From Macrostomum hystrix (taxonomy: Eukaryota > Animalia > Platyhelminthes), in the NCBI GenBank assembly GCA_950097015.1, contig CATNEN010000001.1, positions 23,374,001-23,438,000 of the forward strand: a stretch of DNA of 64,000 nucleotides. Direction: 5' to 3'. The notes beneath the pieces are model-generated. The model saw only the letters and a program-made list of their open reading frames with translations, had not been told where the DNA came from and did no database searches. Every line of letters begins with the position of its first letter. Position 1 is the stretch's first letter. Positions 1 through 13,664 of the stretch are shown piece by piece. The position numbers and the translations under genes are program-made.

Positions 1-1215
1 AGATCAACGCGAACCGGAGCTACCTAAACTACGGCAAGCACACCATCAACCTCGGCGGCCTTCTGTTCGACACCTGCTCCAAGGAGACCTACGCTCTGGA
101 GAAGGCGCTCGAGTTTGTCAAGAACTCGCTCACTCACGAGTACGATGGCGAGTTCGTCTGCCAGTACCCGAACGGGACGCAGCTGCCAGCCCTCCGGTCC
201 AGCAGTCGAAAGCACTCGAAGAAGCCAATCCGGGGAGTGGTGGGCGGCGCCTACAGCCAGGTGTCCATCCAGGTGGCTAACCTGCTGCGCCTGTTCTCCA
301 TTCCGCAGATCAGCTACGCTTCAACTTCCGCTGCCCTCGGCGATAAAAACCGATTCGAGTACTTTGCCCGAACCCTGCCATCTGACACCCAGCAGGCGAA
401 AGCGCTGGCCGACATTGTGAACTACTTCAACTGGACCTTCGTGTCGACAGTGTTCAGCAAGGGCGACTACGGTGAGGGCGGTATTCAGAGCTTCGAGAAC
501 GAAGTTGACAAGCTGAGCGTGTGCATCGCAGAGAGACTGCTCATCAACCTGGAGCCCACCAAGGACGAGCTGGACATCATCGTGGAGAGGCTGCAGAGCC
601 AGCCGCGAGCTCGCGTTGTGGTCATGTTCACCCGCGAGGACCACACGGAGAAGTTTCTGGACGCTGTCAGGCGAGCTAATGTCACGAACAAATTCGTGTG
701 GATCTCAGCAGATGGCTGGGGCAAGAGCTACCTCCCAGTCACCAACAACACCTTGGTTGCCAGCGGCGCCCTGACCCTGGAAATCTCGGCTGGCGAGATC
801 CCGAACTTCAACAGGTATTACACTGGCCTGAAGCCTGGCCAGCTGCGTCACTCGACGCCAACGAATTTCAGCTTCACCAATCCGTTTTTCGACGAGTACT
901 GGCAGCTGAAGTTTGACTGTCACTTCGCCGGGGGAGCCGGTGGACCGCATGGGGCCAGCAAGAAGGTGTGCGCCAAGAATCTTGCCATCGAGGCCGACAA
1001 GTTCAAGCAGGAGCCGAAGGTGCCGTTCGTCTACGACGCTGTGTACACCTTCGCCAACGGGCTCAGGAAGGTGAGGGACCTTGTCTGCTCAAAGCAGCCA
1101 GACCACGTGGACACCAAAGCAACAGATTTGTTCGCTTCGTGCGTTAGAAACATCAGCGCCTTCTCGGGCAAGGATTTCTACAACATCCTGATCAGCGAGG
1201 AGAACTTCTTTGTCA
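1..1215 (+). CDS. mGluR: Metabotropic glutamate receptor (group II / Drosophila mGluRA-like), Venus flytrap exon, 5'-partial
   Basis: Frame open from base 3: DTCSKETYALEKALEFV, GVVGGAYSQVSIQVANLLRLFSIPQISYASTS, FEYFARTLPSD, GDYGEGG, WISADGWG, NPFFDEYW. Donor GTGAGT at 1216 (phase 1). Confidence 0.95.
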
Positions 1216-1249
1216 GTGAGTGGTCAAAAGCTCCGTTTTGTGTTCTTAA

Positions 1250-1567
1250 TAATTGCAGGAGGGCTGCGGGCAATGGCACATCATTTAACGATACTAGACC
1301 TGCAGCCATCGAGGAGGCAATTCTGCCCATTTCGCTGATTCCTGAGCACATTCGCACACTGATACTGTACGCAGACTTTTTTCGTCAGGCAGTGTACATT
1401 TCACTGTTCCTTAGAGTTAGGCCCTCAAGGGCGTAAATTGCACGACAAGCCCCCAAGCCTTCTCTCCGCGGCTGCGCCCCAAATAAATGTGGCCTCGCCG
1501 CGGAATCGAACTTAGGGACCTTGGCGCGAGAGGCAAACGCGTTAACCGCTCTGCCACCGACCCCCCT
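1250..1567 (-). mobile_element. tRNA-derived SINE family A
   Basis: A box TGGCAGAGCGG, B-box region AGTTCGATTCC; body shared with about 9 other copies in the window. Confidence 0.85.
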
Positions 1568-3009
1568 GCATTGTTTTCTTAGTTGTTATTGATCCGAATT
1601 CTGCTTACTGAATGAACGCCCACTGAATAGACTGAAGCGATTGGGAATTTTGTGTCATGCTCAAAGACACGTTTTTTGCACCAAGATTCGAACTCCTGAA
1701 CGCTCTAACCGCTGGGCAAAAATGCTAGAAATAGTTTTTTTATTCCCTCGAGCTCTGGCTGGGATGAACTTTGGTCCCGGCTGCTGAACTGGCGGGGATG
1801 AAGTCGAGGAGTCGGAACAAAAAACGATTCAACAAAACATTCTTCTGGTCCGCTTGGCCAAGTCTACTCAGCAGTGTGTTAAAGAATTCACGATGGGGCT
1901 GAGCTGAGACTGAGACACATAAACTCAACAGCAGTGACTGAACCAGAGAATTTTGGCTTCAAGTCTCCTAGTACGCAAAATTTACCTCCCATACCAGCCT
2001 CTCGCCTCCTTCATCCTGCTCTGCTGAGCCATTGGGAATGGGTAAGAATTATGCAAGCTAGAGAAAAAGGAAGTAGAATTACTGGCTCAACCTGGATGAG
2101 GCATTTTTTAGCGGGCCTTAGCATTTTAAACTCTTTCTGCTGCTGCTGCTGCTGCTGATGCTTGTGGCTTGGGTAAAGGTTAACGCTTTGGTGCTGCAAT
2201 GCCCTCTTCCATGAAACAGCTTCTCATTGTTGAATCCGGCAGGACTTTCTTAGAATGAAATAGTTGCACTATTTTTCACATACAGTACTCAATATTCGGT
2301 GAGCACAGTACTTAATAGTTGGTGAGGGCATAGTACTCAATAATTTGTGAGCACAGAACTCAAAAACGTTTTTCAGTTCTCGATTATTACTTTTGAGGCG
2401 TGTGAAACAATTTCAGCGCACTGTAACGAAAGTTCTTACGTTACTCTTATTAAAAGTGGTACATTTCATTTGAGCCAGAATAATTAACCAGGAAAGTTTA
2501 TTTCGTTCCTTTTGGAAATGGCTGTGGATGTACATTCTTTCCGTGCAGTCAGTTGGCAAGATATTTCTAAGCTGATTGTTATGAAACAATGGCCAATGCA
2601 GTAAAAAATACTGCTTATCACTAACTACATCATTAGGAAGAAGACTATTAGGATAAAATGCGGTGAGAAGGATTTATTCGTTCTGTCCAAGTCACGGCTA
2701 TGGGTCTTCTCAGTGCTTTTGAATAATGACGCACGCACAGAAACAAAAGAAATAAGGTAAGAAACTTGAGCTCGATTGAGCACAACTGAAATCACAAATT
2801 ATCAAATGAGGCAAACTGAGGCATAGACCCAACTGAAGACCCACAGTACAGTGGACAATTGAGCTATTAGATGGTTTAGGTTTGTGCTGCAGATAACCTG
2901 TTATAATATTGATGATGAGAAGCCTGAGAAGTATTTGTAGGATATAATAATAATCGATTGCATTTCCTGAAACAGGACTTTCACAATCATAGTAGATTAG
3001 AGAGAAGTA

Positions 3010-3380
3010 TACACTCTGTAGAGATTGTAGTAGATATGAGACTGGTAGATACTAGAGATGGTAGATAAGGAAGAGGATGACACTAGAGATTGTGGTAGAT
3101 AAGGGAGAGGTAGACACTAGAGATTGTGGTAGATAAGGAAGAGGATGACACTAGAGATTGTGGTAGATAAGGAAGAGGTAGACACTAGAGATTGTGGTAG
3201 ATAAGGAAGAGGTAGACACTAGAGATTATAGATAAGAGAGACGTAGACACTAGAGATGGTAGATAAGGGAGAGGTAGACACTAGAGATTGTGGTAGATAA
3301 GGAAGAGGTAGACACTAGAGATTGTGGTAGATAAGGGAGAGGTAGACACTAGAGATTGTGGTAGATAAGGGAGAGGTAGA
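3010..3380. repeat. About 34-bp minisatellite
   Basis: GACACTAGAGATTGTGGTAGATAAGGAAGAGGTA tandem copies. Confidence 0.9.
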
Positions 3381-4072
3381 GAGCGTACCATTCAGATCAG
3401 TCAGCAAACTTTGAGCTCAAAGATAGCTATAAAATTCAATAGCCAATAACTGTTTGTTCGCTAGCTATAAGTCTAATCATGTAGCTAATTTCCAATTACT
3501 AATTACTAGTAATAAAGTACTGCTCACAAGTACTGTGAGGGCTACAGCACTGCTGGGGTTGGGCCAGCCTTGGTCCGCTGCCCACCAAACAGAAATCGAT
3601 GAGTAGTGAAAGTGGTTTAAGTTGAAAAGCACTCAAACTGGAGGACGTTGCGGGGTAGGGTAAGCAGCGGCCCAAATAGCCCAGGAGATTGGAGTGAGTG
3701 GGGAAACAACTCAGGACTGGGGATAAAAGTCACCTGTGATATGAGACTCGATCCACTCTTTGATAAAAAAACAGGCCACAAAATGAGCTTTATTAGAGTA
3801 GCAACTAAATCTTGAGCACAGAGTAAGTCTAGCTTTCAAGCACGAGGCGCTGCGTTTCCACCCGCTGCCGATCTCTCAGCAACCGAAAACTTTGAGAACG
3901 GGCAGCTAGTTTTATTGAGGCTTATTCTGTTTAAGGGGCTGCTAATTTCATTCTCAGCTTTTTAGGCTCCGTAGTTTCAGCTATGCGGTCAGTAAAATTG
4001 TTCCAAAGTCCTTTCCTGACACCAACAATATCATTTGCATTATCTCTTTCTCGTGTAATAAAATGCTAATGG

Positions 4073-4510
4073 ACTCATAGCCCCACTCATAGTCTCACTC
4101 ATAGTCTCACTCATAGTCTCACTCATAGCCTCACTCATAGTCTCACTCATAGTCTCACTCATAGTCTCACTCATAGTCTCACTCATAGTCTCACTCATAG
4201 CCTCACTAATAGCCTCACTAATAGTCTCGTAGCCTCACTAATAGTCTCACTCATAATCTCACTCATAGCCTCACTCATAGCCTCACTAATAGCCTCACTA
4301 ATAGTCTCGTAGCCTCACTAATAGCCTCACTAATAGTCTCGTAGCCTCACTAATAGCCTCACTAATAGTCTCGTAGCCTCACTAATAGCCTCACTAATAG
4401 TCTCGTAGCCTCACTAATAGTCTCACTCATAATCTCACTCATAGTCTCACTCATAGCCTCACTCCTAGCATCACTCATAGCCTCACTCACTCATAGCCTC
4501 ACTCATCACT
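4073..4510. repeat. 11-12-bp minisatellite
   Basis: ATAGTCTCACTC / ATAGCCTCACT tandem copies. Confidence 0.9.
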
Positions 4511-5227
4511 CAAAGTTAATCCTTGATAAAATGTAACGCAAGCCGCATTGAAATCTGACTTGCTTTTTTCTGTCCTAAGTCCCTAAGAAATCCATTGTAA
4601 GTAATCGCGTCGAATTTTTGTTACACCCTGTCAAACTGCTTGTCAAAGAAAACATTGGAATCTTTTGAAATATTTCCTTTCCTATACGTTAGGATATTTA
4701 ATCCCCTAATTATAAGCTTTAAAGTTATTTCTATGCGTTGATTGAACTATAGTTTGTTAATCTCATAAATAGTGGACTAATAGCTAACGTGTATTTCTCA
4801 CGTAAATTGTTTTTTAACTTTACAAAGCAAAGACAGTTGTTAAAGCTGTGAATGACATGCAGAATATATTTTTTTACTCAGATTGAAATCCAAACAGCTC
4901 ATTAAATGAAAACACTTCTCCAGTTCAACCCCAAAATCCCTGTCGCTTCTCTCTCCGAAAACTTCATCAAAAATTTTTTCTCCTCTAAAAGCTTCAAACC
5001 AGAGCGAGAACAATCCGATAAAAAGGCTTCTTAGAAAAAATATTTGACGATTTTCGACTGAAAATGCCTTCAATTTGAGAAACCTTTGAGCTTTAGAAAT
5101 GTGCAGAAAGAAATGCGCAGAATCCACGGTGATTGAAATCCCCAGGATTAAAATTATTACGGTTTTTAATCCTTCGGAATTTAATGTGTTCTGTGGGATT
5201 TAAGGAATCCTTTAGGGATAAAGGGAT

Positions 5228-6235
5228 AATCTTACGGGATTTCTAAATCTTACGGGATTTCTAAATTCTACGGGATTTCATAATCCTACGGGATTTATAA
5301 ATCCTACGGGATTTTATAATCCTACGGGATTTTATAATCCTACGGGATTTTATAATCCTACGGGATTTCTAATTCCTACGGGATTTCATAATCCTACGGG
5401 ATTTATAAATCCTACGGGATTTTATAATCCTACGGGATTTTATAATCCTACGGGATTTCTAAATCCTACGGGATTTCATAATCCTACGGGATTTCTAAAT
5501 TCTACGGGATTAAATAATTTCAACGGGATTGAATAACCCTATGGGATTTAATTAACCGATGGGATTTAATAATCCTAGGGATTGAGTAATCCTTCAGGAT
5601 TTGATAATCCTACGAGATTTCATAATTCCAACGAGACTTAATAATCCTATTGGTTTTCATAATCCTACGGGATTTCATTATCCTAAGGGATTTCATATCC
5701 TACGGGATTTCATATCCTACGGGATTTCATAATCCTAAGGGATTTCATTATTCTAAGGGATTTCATTATCCTACGGGATTTCATAATCCTACGAGATTTC
5801 ATAATCCTAAGGGATTTCATTATCCTACGGGATTTCATAATCCTACGGGATTTCATAATCCTAAGGGATTTCATTATCCTACGGGATTTCATAATCCTAC
5901 GGGATTTCATAATCCTACGGGATTTCATTATCCTAAGGGATTTCATTATCCTACGGGATTTCTAAATCCTACGGGATTTCATAATCCTACGGGATTTCAT
6001 TATCCTAAGGGATTTCATTATTCTAAGGGATTTCATAATCCTACGGGATTTCATAATCCTACGGGATTTCATTATTCTAAGGGATTTCATTATCCTACGG
6101 GATTTCATAATCCTACGGGATTTCATTATCCTACGGGATTTCATTATCCTACGGGATTTCATTATCCTACGGGATTTCATTATCCTACGGGATTTCATTA
6201 TCCTACGGGATTTCATTATCCTACGGGATTTAGGA
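5228..6235. repeat. 18-bp hairpin minisatellite
   Basis: ATAATCCTACGGGATTTC tandem copies. Confidence 0.95.
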
Positions 6236-6600
6236 ATCCACCGTGTTCACTCTTGATTTCAGAATCCTACCAAAATAGTTTCATTGATAAAGAGGCTTAA
6301 AATTAGGTGCTTGTACTATTACAGGGAATAAATTTAGATTCAAAAGAAACAGCTGAAGCGTATCTGTTTAAAAAGCAGTCTAGGCGGCAAAATCACAGGT
6401 ATCAAGTGTCAGGCGAAACAATTCAGAAGAAACAAAAATACTTTAGCCATCAAAGAAGCTTATAGTTTCAATAATTCTGATCACTGATCAGCGACTTGTG
6501 TTATGTAACACCCTTATTCTTAGCATTTTGAGTATGTATTTCGCTAACAAGTACGATATGAAATCGATCCCACACATGAGCAACCCTTTTGTGGTTAAAT

Positions 6601-6891
<291 letters not shown>

Positions 6892-7454
6892 CTAGGGAGA
6901 ATCGCACATCGAGGATTTGAAGAACTTTGGAAGTTTTGCACTCTTCCACAGGCTCCACGACCCCGGCAATCTCGTGCTTTGATCTCTTGGCTTTTGCGAT
7001 GTGGCAGAAGATTTTCCCGGGTCGTCCAGTTTTGCCGATCGCGCGAGCCTGGGCCCCTCAAGTTTCCGTGTAATTTTTGCGGGCGAAAAAAAATGAGGAA
7101 ATAAAAAAACAGGGCCAACCAAGTCCCGGGGGGGGGCGGACGTGTTTTGAAAACTGCCGACACGAGAGGACCCAGAAGGGAGACGGAAGAATAGACAGAT
7201 TGAGCGGCTGCAAGTCTTGGGCTTTCCAGCGGTCTTCAGCATCTTGCCAATTCGGCAATGTTGTTGCAACTGATTGATTGGCTGTGACAGCTGGCGCTGT
7301 GTTGGGAGCGTCGGACACCTACCCTGCCCACCAGTGCCTACTGCATGTTCCATTGCGGCTAACTCGGTGAGAATTCAGAGGTATGGTGAGAATTGAAGAG
7401 TCAGTGGAAGAAAGTGAGTGTGTGAGGGTGAGAAATAAATAATTTTTGTGAGAA

Positions 7455-8040
7455 ATAGAGAGGTAGGATGAGAAGTAGAGAGCTTGGGTGAGAAAAAGAG
7501 CGGTAGTGTGAAAGGTAGAGAGGTAGGGTGACAAGTAGAGAGCTTGGGTGAGAAATAAAGAGGTAGGGTAAGAAGTAGAGAGTTTGGGTGAGAAGTGGAG
7601 AGGTAGGGTGAGAAGTGGAGAGGTAGGGTGAGAAGTAGAGAGGTAGGGTGAGAAGTAGAGAGCTTGGGTGAGAAAAAGAGCGGTAGTGTGAAATGTAGAG
7701 AGGTAGGGTGACAAGTAGAGAGTTTGGGTGAGAAGTGGAGAGGTAGGGTGAGAAGTGGAGAGGTAGGGTGAGAAGTAGAGAGCTTGGGTGAGAAAAAGAG
7801 CGGTAGTGTGAAATGTAGAGAGGTAGGGTGACAAGTAGAGAGTTTGGGTGAGAAGTGGAGAGGTAGGGTGAGAATTGGAGAGGTAGGGTGAGAAGTAGAG
7901 AGGTAGGGTGAGAAGTAGAGAGCTTGGGTGAGAAAAAGAGCGGTAGTGTGAAATGTAGAGAGGTAGGGTGACAAGTAGAGAGTTTGGGTGAGAAGTGGAG
8001 AGGTAGGATGAGAAGTGGAGAGGTAGGGTGAGAAGTAGAT
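7455..8040. repeat. 20-bp purine-rich minisatellite with about 120-bp higher-order period
   Basis: GAGAGGTAGGGTGAGAAGTA variants; the variant block recurs every 120 bp. Confidence 0.9.
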
Positions 8041-8444
8041 TTGTAGGGCGTGTCTTGAACTGAGCAGGAAGCTCTGCCGTGTCTCCAAGCCTGTCGAGTT
8101 CAGTCTCACACCGAGGAGGCAGCGGGGCCGCAATTTGTTTGATTAGTCGGAGCCGAAGCCAGTCTTCGGTTGAAAAGTGTCGCTGCTCCAGCTGCATTTC
8201 TTTGATTAGGCTGGGCGGCAGGTGAGGGTGAGAATTGTGAGGCTGGAGATGCTTACGACTTGGCGGCCGGTTCGCTTGAGCAGTTGCTGATTCGGTTATT
8301 GGCGGTGCGAATTGAATTTGTGTAAATCTCACCTACGAAGAAGGAAATAGACACAGTGGGATAAATGAAGGAAGGATAGAAAATAGGACTGGGAAAATTG
8401 GTGCCAACTTTTAGGGGAGAAAAGGATTAGAAAGAAGACAAAAA

Positions 8445-8781
8445 GAGTAGGGTGAGAAATGGTTGGAGGGTGAGAAATGGGAGGAGTAGGGTGAGAATTG
8501 GGTGTAGTAGGGTAAGGAATGGGTGGAGTAGGGTGAGGAATGGGAGGAGTAGGGTGAGAAATGGGAGGATTAGGGTGAGAATTAGGTGTATTAGGGTAAG
8601 GAATGGGTGGAGTAGGGCGAGAAATGGGAGGAGTATGGCGAGAAATGGGAGGAGTAGGGTGAGAAATGGGAGGAGTAGGGCGAGAAATGGGAGGAGTAGG
8701 GCGAGAAATGGGAGGAGTAGGGTGAGAAATGGGAGGAGTAGGGTGAGAAATGGGAGGAGTAGGGTGAGAAATGGGAGGAGT
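8445..8781. repeat. 21-bp G-rich minisatellite
   Basis: GGGTGAGAAATGGGAGGAGTA tandem copies. Confidence 0.9.
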
Positions 8782-9487
8782 CTCGCCCTTCACTCACCTC
8801 TCGCCCAGTGTTGAAATAAAAACTGCGCCTGAAGTTGCTGAGCGGAGTTGAACATTTTGGAAACCCGCCCACACCCCCTGCCATCACCGAGGGAGAGAAT
8901 GAAGGGAGGCGCCAGGTAGCATGTCTTGTTTGTACAGGCAGAATTGGCTGCGTGAAATAATGGGAGAACAAAGGCTCGGTGAGTGAGTGGTAGCAGAGTC
9001 TGGAAAACCGGTGGCTCACATTGACGGTTGGCCAGAACAAAAATGTTGCAGCAGCGGCTCAAGAAATGCCTAATTTGTGAATCTTTTTGATGTTTTTTGA
9101 AGTCGGGAGTCAGAAACTGAAGAAAATAAAAGGAATTGTTCATAGAACTCTTCAACTACAGCTCAGCTAGGTCTGGAGATGTTGCCAAAATCCAGTCAAT
9201 ATCTTCCCTGTCTGACTTCGTCCCTCAGGGGGATTAAGGAAGACAATTGTTGAGCCCTGCTCAGGGCATCGCAAAACTTAGAGCTGCTACAATGCATGGC
9301 TGTAAAATGTGATACATTTTCGGCCTCACTGCTGCTTGCACACTGCTGACTGCTTATCTGGAAAGTGCAAAATTGAAAGATCAATGCTTACGTGTAAGGG
9401 AATTCGTGGAAGTGTATGAAAGTGTACTCTAGACTAAATACGTTAAGTATTTACATTAATAATAAAGGTGTGTACGGACAGGCTCTG

Positions 9488-9830
9488 AGTGGCAGAGCGG
9501 TCTAACGCGTTTAACTCTCGCACCAAGGTCCCTAGGTTCGATTCCGCGGCGAGGCCACATTCATTTGGGGCGCAGCCGCGGAGAGAAGGCTTTGGGGGGC
9601 TTGTCGTGCAATTTACGCCCTTGAGGGCCAACCTCCAAGGCACAGTGAGAGTGTACACTGCCTGACGATGAGAAAGGCAGTGTGGATGTACACACCTGTG
9701 TGAGTGTGTCTGCGAACGGTATCTGCGTGCGTGTGTGCTCAGGAGTCAGTGAAATGAGCAGAATTGCCTCCTCGCTGGCTGCGGGTCTGGTGTCACCAAA
9801 TGATGTGCCATTGTCCGTAGCCCTCCTGCA
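9488..9830 (+). mobile_element. SINE family A (followed by an inverted partial copy at about 9880-9980)
   Basis: GGCAGAGCGG...GGTTCGATTCC...CTCAGGAGTCAG...GCCTCCTCGCTGGC. Confidence 0.85.
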
Positions 9831-10849
9831 AAGAGATATATTTCTAATCTTTCACTGCACCTTGGCCTGTGGATTGGCCATAAATTGCACTACAAGCCCC
9901 CCAAGCCTTCTCTCCGCGGCTGCGCTCCAAATGAATGCGGCCTCTCAGCGGAATCGAGCTCAGGGACATTGGTGCAAGAGTCGCTACTCTTATTTTTACT
10001 TACCGGTTAAGAAAGGAAAAATTAAAAATTTTCTTGTCAGAAATTTTCTTCCCAATTAACTCCACCTTGTCATTCCCAGCTATCCCATGATCCTAGAGGA
10101 ATCTGAGAAAGTCTCAAACACGGAGTAATTTCACGCGCAAAATTTGCCGCATTTTATTTCGAAGCAAAAAAAGCCGACAGAGCGGCCTTTCACACTTGGC
10201 ACCTCTCTCCACATCCGCATGCTTTTCTTTTCCGAATCCCCGCAGTCAGGGGTAGCCCAAGTCCTCACTGATCCCTTCAGTTGGCTTCCTGTTCCTTCCC
10301 CTCCCCCTGGAGGCAAGCCAGGGCAATTAGTTAGCTCCCTTTAGACCCTAGCTCTCTAGTCGAGTTTTTTTCAATCTCTTCCAGCTCGAGGAAGTGCGAG
10401 AGAGACACAGGCGGGGGGAGGGCAGATACGCAGCGGTGTGTTTTGTGGCGATGATAATAGTCCCTCTAATTGGAGGCCCAGACAGGAGGGCCTTGAGGTA
10501 GAGGAGGCTTCTGGGGCTGTTACCGACCCGGCGCGGAGTCTGCGGCCAACAGTGCAAGAAGGCACAGCATTGTCCCTAAACATGAGGGTGTAACTGACGC
10601 TTCTTATGAACACAATGTTTCATCGCACGCCAAGCATTTGTTATTGATTGCTATGCATTCGGCTTTTAAATCCTTCACACTCCCTGCGTGATGATGAAAA
10701 AGCGTCATCGTGCCAGACAGTCACTGCGTCACTCGCCTGCCATACTGACTGATATTGATAAGTCGCTTTACTTTCATGTTCTAACTGAGTTTGATGCCAG
10801 AAATGACTAAAGTCTGAGTGACATCTGTCTGCGTCACTTTGTCCTTTTT

Positions 10850-11152
10850 GTGGCAGAGCGGTCTAACGCGTTTGCCTCTCGCACCAAGGTCCCTGAGCTC
10901 GATTCCGCTGAGAGGCCGCATTAATTTAGGCCGCGGAGAGAAGGCTTGGGGGCTTGTCGTGCAATTTACGCCCTTGATGGCCAACCTCCAAGGCACAGTG
11001 AGAGTGTACACTGCCTGACGATGAAAAAGTCAGGACAGACGTACACAGCCTGTTTGAGTGTGTGCTCAGGAGTCAGCGAAATGGGAAGAACTGCCTCCTC
11101 GCTGACTGCGGGTCTAGTGTCACTAGATGATGTGCCGTTGCCCGCAGCCGCT
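10850..11152 (+). mobile_element. SINE family A
   Basis: Same head and body as the other copies. Confidence 0.85.
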
Positions 11153-11351
11153 TAATTTTGTTACAACCTCGCAAACTTGTATCTAAAAAAAACATGTTAT
11201 TTTGTCATCAAGTCACAACGTCACTTTTTCGTTCCACCAGAATGTCTTAAAGTCCGTTTGTCTCATTGCTTGAGTGTAACAGGGTCAGTTTTTTCGCAAC
11301 GTGACCTAGTCAAATATGGCACAACTACCATCATAATTTTCCGCCATTCAG

Positions 11352-11743
11352 ACTCAGCTAAACGGAAGGTGCAATACACCAAGCAAGGTGACGGCATTGG
11401 CACCTACATTATCTACAATTACCGACGCAACCGCGAGACCAAGCACCTGGACTATCGCCGCGTCGGCGAGTGGAGCAAAGAAGTCGGGCTAACCCTGGAC
11501 ATTAACCAAAGCATCTACTGGAGCGGCGGGGTGCTGGACATGCCGATCTCGCGATGCAGCGAAGAGTGCGCCGTCCACCAGAAGAAGGTCTACTCAAATA
11601 AGGGCAACAACAAGAACAAGTGCTGCTGGACCTGCAACGACTGCCAGCAGCATCAGCGAGTCAGCGAGAGCGGAGACGCCTGCATCGACTGTCACGAAGA
11701 TGAAGGGCCAACTTCGGATCGAAAATCTTGCGTTCCGATTCCG
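11352..11743 (+). CDS. mGluR: mGluR exon: end of flytrap domain plus cysteine-rich domain
   Basis: Acceptor TTCAG ending 11351 (phase 1 matches); GDGIGTYIIYNY, PISRCSEEC, CCWTCNDC; donor GTAATG at 11744. Confidence 0.92.
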
Positions 11744-11774
11744 GTAATGATGATTAGGGTTGCCGCATGAGATA

Positions 11775-12710
11775 TGCCATTGTCTGTCATTGTCTGTCAT
11801 AGTCTGTCATTGTCTGTCACTCTCTGTCAAGATATGTCACTCTCTGTCAAGATATGTCACTCTCTGTCAAGATTTGTTACTCTCTGTCAGGATATATCAC
11901 TCTCTGTCAAGTTGTGTCACTCTCTGACAAGATTTGTCACTCTATGTCAAGTTGTGGCACTCTCTAAAGATTTGTCACTCTCTGTCAAGATTTGTCACTC
12001 TCTGTCAGGATATGTCACTCTCTGTCAAGTTGTGTCACTCTCTGTCAAGATTTGTCACTCTCTGTCAAGATTTGTTACTCTCTGTCAGGATATATCACTC
12101 TCTGTCAAGTTGTGTCACTCTCTGACAAGATTTGTCACTCTATGTCAAGTTGTGGCACTCTCTAAAGATTTGTCACTCTCTGTCAAGATTTGTCACTCTC
12201 TGTCAGGATATGTCACTCTCTGTCAAGTTGTGTCACTCTCTGACAAGATTTATCACTCTCTGTCAAGTTGTGTCACTATATGTCAAGTTGTGGCACTCTC
12301 TAAAGATTTGTCACTCTTTGTCAAGATTTGTCACTCTATGTCAAGATTTGTCACTCTCTGTCAAGATATGTCTCTGTCAAGTTCTGACACTCTCTGTCAT
12401 ATTCTGTCACTCTCTGTCAAGTTCTGTCACTCTCTGTCAAGTTCTGACACTCTCTGTCATATTCTGTCACTCTCTGTCAAGATATGTCACTCTCTGTCAA
12501 GATTTGTCACTCTCTGTCAAGATTTGTCACTCTCTGTCAAGATTTGTCACTCTCTGTCAGGATATGTCACTCTCTGTCAAGATATGTCACTCTCTGTCAA
12601 GTTGTGGCACTCTCTAAAGATTTGTCACTCTTTGTCAAGATTTGTCACTCTATGTCAAGATTTGTCACTCTATGTCAAGATTTGTCACTCTATGTCAATA
12701 TCTGTCACTA
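11775..12710. repeat. 20-bp minisatellite
   Basis: TGTCACTCTCTGTCAAGATT variants. Confidence 0.95.
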
Positions 12711-13664
12711 TCTACCTAGCCCTGACACTCAAAAGTAAGGTTCACTCAGAGAACGCAAAGATTCCTACTGTCAAATGGTTTTAGCGAACTAAAACGCCAA
12801 CACTTGGTAGAGAGAACAAAATCATCCAATAAAATGTGACCTTTCATCTCGCGACTCCCCCTGTATAAACACGAATAAAGTAAGTTTAAGTCAGCGGCGA
12901 AATAGCTCTAGCGGAGAAAGTGCTTGAAACAACTGAGATTCGCGGGCTAGGCCGCAGGTATAAAATTAAGGATTTTAATGGAGCAACGGAAGAGAAAACA
13001 GTAAAATAAATTGCTGAACTGCTATTTCGGTAACCAGAACTACTGGGGGGCTTAATATTTTTTCTGGCATTTGTGGTGAAGAAATTTTTCACTGCAATTT
13101 TTCTTTAAGCTGCGGAGAAAAAAGCCTGATTGTCCAGTGTTTCGCTCTCTAAAGCAGTTTTTGTTACCCTTAATGAGGACGCGAACAGTGATGATGCATC
13201 GACTGGAATTCCTATCGCGACCATTTCACTACCACGAGACCGTTTTAGAAAGCAAAACTTTGTCCTCTATAGCATTTTCTAGTTTCTGGCATTGATTGAA
13301 AAGATTCCGAATGCATTGGCTGGCCTGGATATGTTGTCTTAGACTCTATTTTCCATAATTTTTATTTCAGAATTCTGTAAATTGTGCAAACGCTGTCAGT
13401 TTCAGGACTGTTTAAGAGCACAGATGTTTATATTCGTATAGAAAATAGTGGGAAAATGAGAATAGGGATATTTGTAGCTTGAGCATGGAGTAGGGATGAG
13501 TAGGAGATATTGCAGAGGGAAAATAGGTTATTGTGAGAACACGTCCCCCTGACTCTAGGCCATTCATCAGTCACAACAAAAGTCTGAGTAACTTATACTT
13601 GTCTATGCCTTTTTCATTAAATCCTTAATCGCAAGATTCTTGAGTTGGGCCATTCCATGTACTA

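Noticed and set aside
1216-1436. C-terminal part of the 399-aa ORF
   Set aside because: Read-through past the splice donor into an antisense SINE.
5650-6300. Repeat-derived ORFs here and at 7319-8814, 11774-12784, 27859-28590, 41781-42642, 49321-50094 and 53328-54762
   Set aside because: Periodic peptides produced by minisatellites, with no domain or splice support.
6892-7330. Possible Helitron-like end (CTAG next to the GATA microsatellite)
   Set aside because: No convincing subterminal hairpin or second copy in the window.
9655-9685. CTGACGA...GAAA in SINE-A resembling a hammerhead core
   Set aside because: Only 3 nt separate the core halves (no stem II) and there is no stem III/NUH; better explained as a simple hairpin.
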